Made by a program: the position numbers and the translations under genes
In this document: piece by piece, positions 56,901 through 64,000 of the stretch
Layout: the number at the start of each line of letters is the position of its first letter
How positions within the stretch are numbered: the first letter of the stretch is position 1
The notes under the pieces: generated by a model
Seen by the model: only the letters and a program-made list of their open reading frames with translations
What the model was told of the DNA's origin: nothing
The model's database searches: none
Source: Eledone cirrhosa
Lineage: Eukaryota
Assembly (NCBI GenBank): GCA_964016885.1
Contig: OZ024740.1
Span: 257,300,001 to 257,364,000, forward strand
DNA length: 64,000 nucleotides
Direction: 5' to 3'

Positions 56901-59850
56901 AATCCGGTCTCTGTAGGCTTTGCGCGCCGGGAAAGACGCGTTCAGCTTCCAGTAACCGGGTCCTTGTCTATGAAGTCTGTCTATGTTGATCTCACAGATC
57001 ACAAATCTGTGGTATGTGTAGTCGACTATTTTAAATTGTGGACAACTTATACTAGCCTTATCTAGTTCTCTGCAGAATACCCTATCGAGGTACAATCTGG
57101 ATGACGCGATGCGGTTTGTCCATGTCCTCATTGGCATATTCGGGTGATCCAGTTGATACCTGTCAGACAGTTCAAAACGTTTGAGCAGGTTGGTGAGGCT
57201 CTTCCACCTTCCTCCCCTATCCACTAGCCCCACACAATCCCAGCGTGCACCCAAGACACCGTTCCAGTCGCCCACTAGCACTAAAGAGAGAGACGCTCCA
57301 AGAAAGGTCTCTAGACGTCTAAAGAAATCTGGCCGCCCTGTCCCTGTCGGGGCAGAGACCGCTACTAGCCTGAAAGCGTTGCCTTCGGTGCCGCTCACGT
57401 CCAGCACCACCGACTTACCTTCTGGGTCAAGGAAGATGGCCCGTATCGCGAGATCCAAGCCTCTCCGAAAAAGGACCCCCCCCCCCCCCCCCCACCCCAA
57501 TCCTGGACGGCTGGGAGATGCGTATACATCGTAGCCGCCGCAGATCGGTGCGAAGGCTTGTGCTTCGGAGATTCTGGTCTCGCTGTTGACCACCACATTT
57601 ATGTTTAGTGACCTGAGGTCGTTGAGCAGGTACCCTGCTTCCAAGATGACCCCAGGCCACGTGCATTTATACTGCCTATTCTGAGTACGGCCATGTTGGA
57701 TGAGAAACGGGGCAAGTGACAAAGGGTCACTTACCTTGATCATGTGGTGAAGGGACAGTAGAATCGTCCCTTTGGCTGGTCATCGGTGTTTCAAAGAGGA
57801 TGTCAGTGTATATCCTCTTGGTAACTGACCCTCTGAAGTCTCCAACTGCGTTGGGGAATTTTTGTTTTAAAAGTGTGTACTGATCTATTGAGATTTCAAT
57901 TATGCTTATGTTTGTCGGGAGAGTTCTTGGTGTTGGTGGGGTGTAGTTGTTTGTTTCTGCGATGTCTGTGTGCTGCTTTATATATTGTATGAGTTCTTTT
58001 TTTGCCATGTTTATGGCTGTGTACTTTTTGCGGGGAGGGGTGATTTTGTTGCTGTTTTCTTCTTGTTGCTGTTTGGTGTGTGTGTTTGTTTTGTTTGCGC
58101 TGTTGATGTTTTTGGTAATGCTGGTGGTGGTGTGGTTGATGTTGGCAGTGGTGCTTGTGGTGCTTGTGGTGGTGATGGTGATGGTGGTGGTGTTGCTGCA
58201 AGTTTCCTTGCTTCCTTTACCCCTCTTTGTGTGCCTTCGCTTTTAGAGGGCGAAGGTAAGGGATTTTCTTGTTTTTTGTTTTTGTGGCAGACCGTTTGCC
58301 ATTTCACTCCCGCCTCAAATGTCATGTCGGATTCCGTGGTATCTGGCACGGGTATGTGCTCCATGGCTCTTGATGGTGGTAGTGGAGCTCTCTCCCGCAA
58401 TTTTGTTGCTTGTGCAGTTACTGCAAATGTAGCTATTAGTGTGCCGCCACTGATGCTGTTGCTTTAGTTGTCCGTGACCATGGTAGGGGTACCACGGACG
58501 TTGCCCTCCTACTAACCGTGGAAGGGGCTTCTGCATTTGTTGCCTGCCCTGCTCTTGGGACGAGCGGACCAGATATTGGAAGGAGAGGGGCCTTCTTCTC
58601 GCTGTGTTCTGCGAGCAAAAGACCCACAGAGATAACAATTTGGCCGTCTCCCTTCTACGCTTATAGGGAGTTGGAGTCCTTCCTCAACGTCTATGATATC
58701 GGGGATAGCGTCGAAACATTCCTGGTCAGTTTGCATAAGCATTTGCATGACTATACCCGACCAGTTCTCTCTCCCTATTCTCTCTACTTGCAGCATGGTC
58801 GTCCTATCCACGATTTCAGCAAGGACAGACGCGGCCAGCCAAGGTATGGGCACTTTGGGTAAGACCTGGGTCACTTTGACCCTCAAAATTTTCTGCCCGC
58901 AGTAGGAGGGCACCAAGAATATCCCCTCACTCTTTAGGGTTTCCAAAGAGTGAGACTTCGCTTCTTGGGTGGTGGCGAAAAGTACGTCTACTGTGGCGTA
59001 CTTTCTGCCTCGGGTGATTTTGGTTTGCGTCCCCAGACGCACTCCAAAGCCTTTTGGATTTGAGCCTCCGTGGCTCTCTCCATCCGATGTCAGATTTTGC
59101 TTACGGTGCGGTAAGTCATCGTCTGTAGCTGCTGGTCCTTGAAAAAATTGGGTGGAGGTTTCAGGGAGACTCTATTGGCGCTTCTTGTCGCCATAGCCCT
59201 TGCAACTGCCATCTCCTCCTCTGTGACTAACTCTATCTCGATATTTCGGGCGACACCTGCAAAAGAAGTGGTCCATTTTTCAGCAGCACCACCATTGCTG
59301 CCGCTACTGGTCTTGCTGGTGGTGCTGAGATTGCTGTTACAGGTATCGATGTCGTTGTTGATGTTTTCGTTGGTACTGTTGTTGGTGTTGTTGTTGTTGT
59401 TTTCGTGGATACTGTTACTGTTATTACTGTTATTGTGGCTGTTGTTATTATTGTTGTTTTTGTTGATACTGTTCCTACTATTATTGTTGTTGTGGCAGTT
59501 GTTATTGTCATTGTTATTGTCGTTCTCGACCTTACCGCTGTTATTTTTGTTTTTCTCCTTCTCGACTTTACCGCTGTTATTGTTGTTGTTGCTGTTGTCA
59601 TTGATGGTGTTGTTGTTGGTGTTATTGATGGTGTTGTTGTTGGTGTTATTGTTGGTGTTGTTTGTGTTAGAAATATTTGGTAATTTTAAATTTGTAACAA
59701 TATCATTAAAAATTATATTGTGCCTCTTTTCCTTCGTAATATTTTCTTTTATATTTACCTCCGCTGGAACGCTGTCTTGTTAACATACTGATAAAGTCTC
59801 CCTGTCTCTGTGTTGTCTGACAGCGCTCTCTCTCTTTCTTGTGTTATACT
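53951..59850 (-). mobile_element. Tx1 (L1-clade) element 2, near full length, frameshifted
   Basis: ORF1 at about 59785-57727. APE, RT (NFRPITLLN, LDQSKAFDRVDH, AYADD) and zf-RVT (CPRC..ETIVHALFQC). AATAAA followed by an (ATT)n tail. Confidence 0.93.
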
Positions 59851-59861
59851 AATAATAAGTG

Positions 59862-60320
59862 AAACATCATATTGACAAGGAGGAGGCTAGCTCACTGTGT
59901 AGGATCTGTGGAGAGAGAGGAGAATATGGTTCACATTGTATCCGAGTGTAAACACCTATCCCAGGCTCACTATAAAGGCTGGAGACATGATGTGATAGGC
60001 AGGGTGATCCACTGGCATCTATGCAAACTAAACAATTTACCACATTCTGAGAAGTGGTATGAGCATATGTCAGAGTCGGTGATAGAAAACGATCAGGTGA
60101 AGTGCTATGAGATTTTAGGATACAGACGGACAAAAAATTCGAAAACAATAAGCCTGACCTGGTGGTTTTGGACAAGGAAAAAATATTGTGCCTGATTGTA
60201 GATGTAGCCTGCCAATTTGATACGAGAGTGCAAGAAAAGGAGAGGGAGAAAATTAACCGATACCAGGACTTAAAGTGGGAGATAAAAAGGACTCAAAGAA
60301 CAATAATAATAATAATAATA
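59862..60320 (+). mobile_element. R4/Dong 3' fragment (CCHC plus RLE) with (AAT)n tail
   Basis: EENMVHIVSECKHLSQAHYKGWRHD; paralog of 48815-49230. Confidence 0.88.
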
Positions 60321-60495
60321 ATTGTTTCTACTTTTGGCACATGGCCAGCAAATAACCACTATATTACTGGTACTTTATTTTATCGACCCGGTAAGGATGA
60401 AAGGCAAAGTTAACCTCGGCGGGATTTGAAATCAGACCGTAACTCTGTGCTGCAAAGAATGGCGTCCGACCCTCTACCGATACAGCCAATCCACC
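60320..60495 (-). mobile_element. tRNA-derived SINE inserted in the (AAT)n tail
   Basis: Same family as 12590-12775. Confidence 0.85.
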
Positions 60496-62499
60496 AATAC
60501 TGCCAATCGATTAGACGAATCAGAGTGACACAATATGTGATAAATCCGTGCCTTTTAATTACATACAACGAATATCGACAGTTTCTTTTTATCCACTTTC
60601 ACTCCCTAGGCTTGGATCAGAGGATGTGACAAAGACGCTTGCCTAAGATACTACGTAGTGGCATCGAACATATAATTCTTGATTATGAAGTAAACGTTTT
60701 AACCATTCATCCATGGCTGTGTTCAGACTGGGATTAACCATGTCATTGACACAAATGAGATTTGAACCTAAATTTCAGAGCTCGCTAAATACATCAAATT
60801 AGATTATGTGACGTGACCGTACCATTTCATTTTTCTTTACATATGTTAGCAGGTCTTCGTAGTTTACTGCGTTGAGCAATAGCCGTGCAAATACTTCCGT
60901 TGTTTACGTGTTCCTTGTAAGCAGATGACCATAGGTTTTTTTTTTTAGCATCACATTTCGAATGTCTGTATTTTCCTATGTAATTTCGCTGCGAGCGAAC
61001 GCTCGCAGCGGAATTAAACTTTATGTCTCGTAGGCATAATTAAATACATTTGGTTACGTAGCGATTATCAATTGATAAATAGATCTTTGACCCTGTAAGT
61101 GTTTTTAACACAATTGAAAGTACAATTTGTCTGTACAAGTTTAAGTACTGGACACAGATATAATATAGTAAGATCCTTTGTGACAGTTATCTAAATTGCT
61201 CAACAACACCTATGCTGAGTATTATTTTATATCTTATTACTTTTATAAGATATGATCAGTTCAATCGATAGATGGTATCAACTATATATAAAAACATGGA
61301 CATAAAAAGGCAAATAAATAAGATATCACAACCGAAATAATGTTGCCAAAAGCACAAAACAATATGGTGGGCATTCGTTTGAGTAGTGCTGTAAAATGAC
61401 AAGCTGCCTCTCAAACATTGACAATTTCATAAGCCAAACCAAATTCCCCATCTATATATTTTATTCATATTAATTAAACTTCGCAGTTTAAGACGACAAA
61501 TATTTTTTTCTCAAGTTATCATGGAACTAAATCCTGGCTCCTTGACCGAATTTGATTGGTTTAAATGTCACTATTTGATCCGTTTCCGAAGCAGTTCTGA
61601 TCCTTAGTCAGAATTAAATATTTGCTATAATTTATAAAAATCATACATGCCTTATTCTGTGACTGACAAAAAGATCTGAGTTTCATTTATTTAAATATAA
61701 TTTTTTAAAGTTTAATTTAATTTTTTAAAAGATATAAATTTTTCTTCACCCTAAAATTCATCGTACTGATGTTTTATTTAAATTGTTTTCATTGATAAAT
61801 GTGTTGCATTTATGTCATCGATTTTTACTTCATTTTCAAATTCTAGAAGAAAACTGTGGGTTAGGAGGAAGTTCTGGTAGAAGATGAAGAAGAAAGAAAC
61901 GATAGAAATCAGAGAAAAAGATAAGAGATATGTATAGAGAGAGAAGATTGAAGGGGGAGGACTAGTGATGGATTACTGGAGGGAAGAAAAAGGCAGAAAG
62001 AGAAAGACAGGGATTGGAGCGAGAGAGAGAGACAGAGCGGCAGGGAGAAATAAAGAGAGAGGTGTGTAGAGAATGAGAGGGAGGAGAGGGAGAACGAGGA
62101 GAAAGTGAAAGAGAGGAAAGAAAAAGAGAAAAAAAGAGAGAAATGGAAGGGAAGAGAGTGAAAGCGATAGGAGAGGAAAATACTGAACAATATAGGAAAG
62201 GAAAAAATAAACAATATTCAAGGAAAATTTAATGGATGCAAAACCATTCCGAATTTTGAAATAAGAAAACCTAGAAAGGGTGAAGCTGAAATGATGGGTA
62301 GGGAATGGAGTGGGTTGAAAGATAACATCCTGATGTGGAAAGTGGAGGTGTAATTGACAGGTAACATGATGGTTTGTAGGAAAACAACAAATATATATCA
62401 CTTATAATATGGAAATATAGAATAAAATAACAAAAATATATATATTTTAATTTCAAGCAAAACTCATGGTGTTTGGTTTCTATAATAGAGCAACAACAT

Positions 62500-62635
<136 letters not shown>

Positions 62636-64000
62636 CCACCACTAACCTTCTATCGAACTCAAGAGTAGAAGTTCCACTGACTACATTGCCTACCTGGTGA
62701 AGGTCAGTGAGCGTCTGGGAACATTCCAGATAACAGACAACCAGTCTCGGCCTATTCTTGACCCAGGACTGCAGCTCAGTCAAAGAGACCAGCTGCGGAA
62801 TGGCCTGTCTGTCAAACGGAGCCCACACCTATTTACCGATTAGGCAGAATATCTGGAGATGCTTCAGCTTCAGTGAAAGTTTGCGCATCATTAGTCAGGG
62901 CATGCCCAGCCCTCCACGTAGAGGGTGCTGGCAGTAGATGGACCGCCTCACCAACGGAACATGTTCCCTCCACAAGAAGTGGAAGAGGAGCTGCTCCAAT
63001 TTGGTGAGGCGTGAACGGGGGCAAAGGCTGACGGTCAGGTGTAGTAGATGATGGACGTGATATACGCGTTCGCCACCTCCATCCGACCTTTCAGGGAAAG
63101 TTTCTTCTTGGCCCATTTTCGGGGGAGACTGGCCACCCTGATCATCACCTTGTACCAATTCTTATCCACCTGCAGGTCTGGTCCGAACCATACCCCTAGC
63201 AACTTCAACGGTCAGTCTGTCTAGCACCCAACGACGCTATTGGACGGCATGGACTTGCCTCTCCAGGTGCCGAGTCGGAAGCCCAGCGACTTTTAGGGTT
63301 TAGTTTCACTCCTGTCAACTTTTTATATTCTTCCAATAAGTTGCAGACCACCTTGATTTCCGAGGTGTCCGACACCATCACGGTGATGTTGTCCGCATAA
63401 GTCGACACAGCCTTTCCGGGTCTTGGTTTGAGCAGGATGCCATGCAACAGCTCCAGCTTCCGCTGTAAAAGCTCGAGAGTCAATACGTAAAGAAGGGAGG
63501 AGAGAGGGCACCCTCGACGGACCAATCGAGAGATCTGAAACGGTTCCGAAAGGTTGTCATTAACTTTGAGTATATGACACTGTTCATTGAGGTGATCAAG
63601 TCTCTGAAGACGGGACCGAAGCCAGTCGTCTTGAGGACATCAAGCAATCGTTGGGTGACCCTATCGAAATCTTTTGATTAATCTAAAGTGATCAGACTAC
63701 ACCCTACGCTCTCTATGATGTATCGCATGAGATGGGGATTGTCGTATATGGACCTGGTTGGAATTGCGCAAGTTTGCGCCTCCTCAAATAAATCCTCGAC
63801 GACAAGCGCCAACCTCTTTGCTAACACCTTGACCAAAATCTTAAACTCTGTGTTAAGCAGAGTTATAGGCCTGAAGTTATCTAATGTATCCCTCTTGTCC
63901 TCGTTTTTCCTCATTAACGTCACTACTCCTCGGCCCTCAGTAATGGAATACTACCGTTCTGTTGCCAGTTGCAGTAAAGAGTTTCGAGGAGATATGATAA
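62636..64000 (-). mobile_element. Tx1 element 3, degenerate ORF2, runs off the window end
   Basis: DNFRPITLLNTEFKILVKVLAKRL, VRRGCPLSSLLYVL, QHPLRGGLGMP. Confidence 0.9.

Noticed and set aside
61516-61608. VIMELNPGSLTEF after an acceptor-like site (kinase hinge-like)
   Set aside because: A single short motif with a stop soon after and no supporting exons.

Overview
AT-rich, microsatellite-dense metazoan DNA, most likely an octopod cephalopod (inferred from the tRNA-derived SINE family). No intact host gene is recognisable, and most listed ORFs are microsatellite translations or antisense shadows of retroelements. The window is a retroelement graveyard: Penelope-like element (PLE) remnants (Neptune-like and Hydra-like), R4/Dong, CRE, a TSD-bounded RTE containing a nested Vingi and two SINEs, three Tx1 (L1-clade) elements, and many SINEs. 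Three things stand out. (1) A 4.87-kb segment (42746-47612) is re-inserted inverted and circularly permuted at 8249-13112, inside an older paralog; this is the footprint expected of a circular DNA intermediate integrated by homologous recombination. (2) Several unrelated hammerhead-ribozyme (HHR) repeat families are present. One is a non-coding, circularly permuted unit of about 440 nt (retrozyme-like), and in two families the inverted partner copy begins at the predicted self-cleavage site. (3) Dong, Tx1 and SINE elements are stacked in (AAT)n targets. All alignments were done by eye, so boundaries are approximate unless a junction is quoted.
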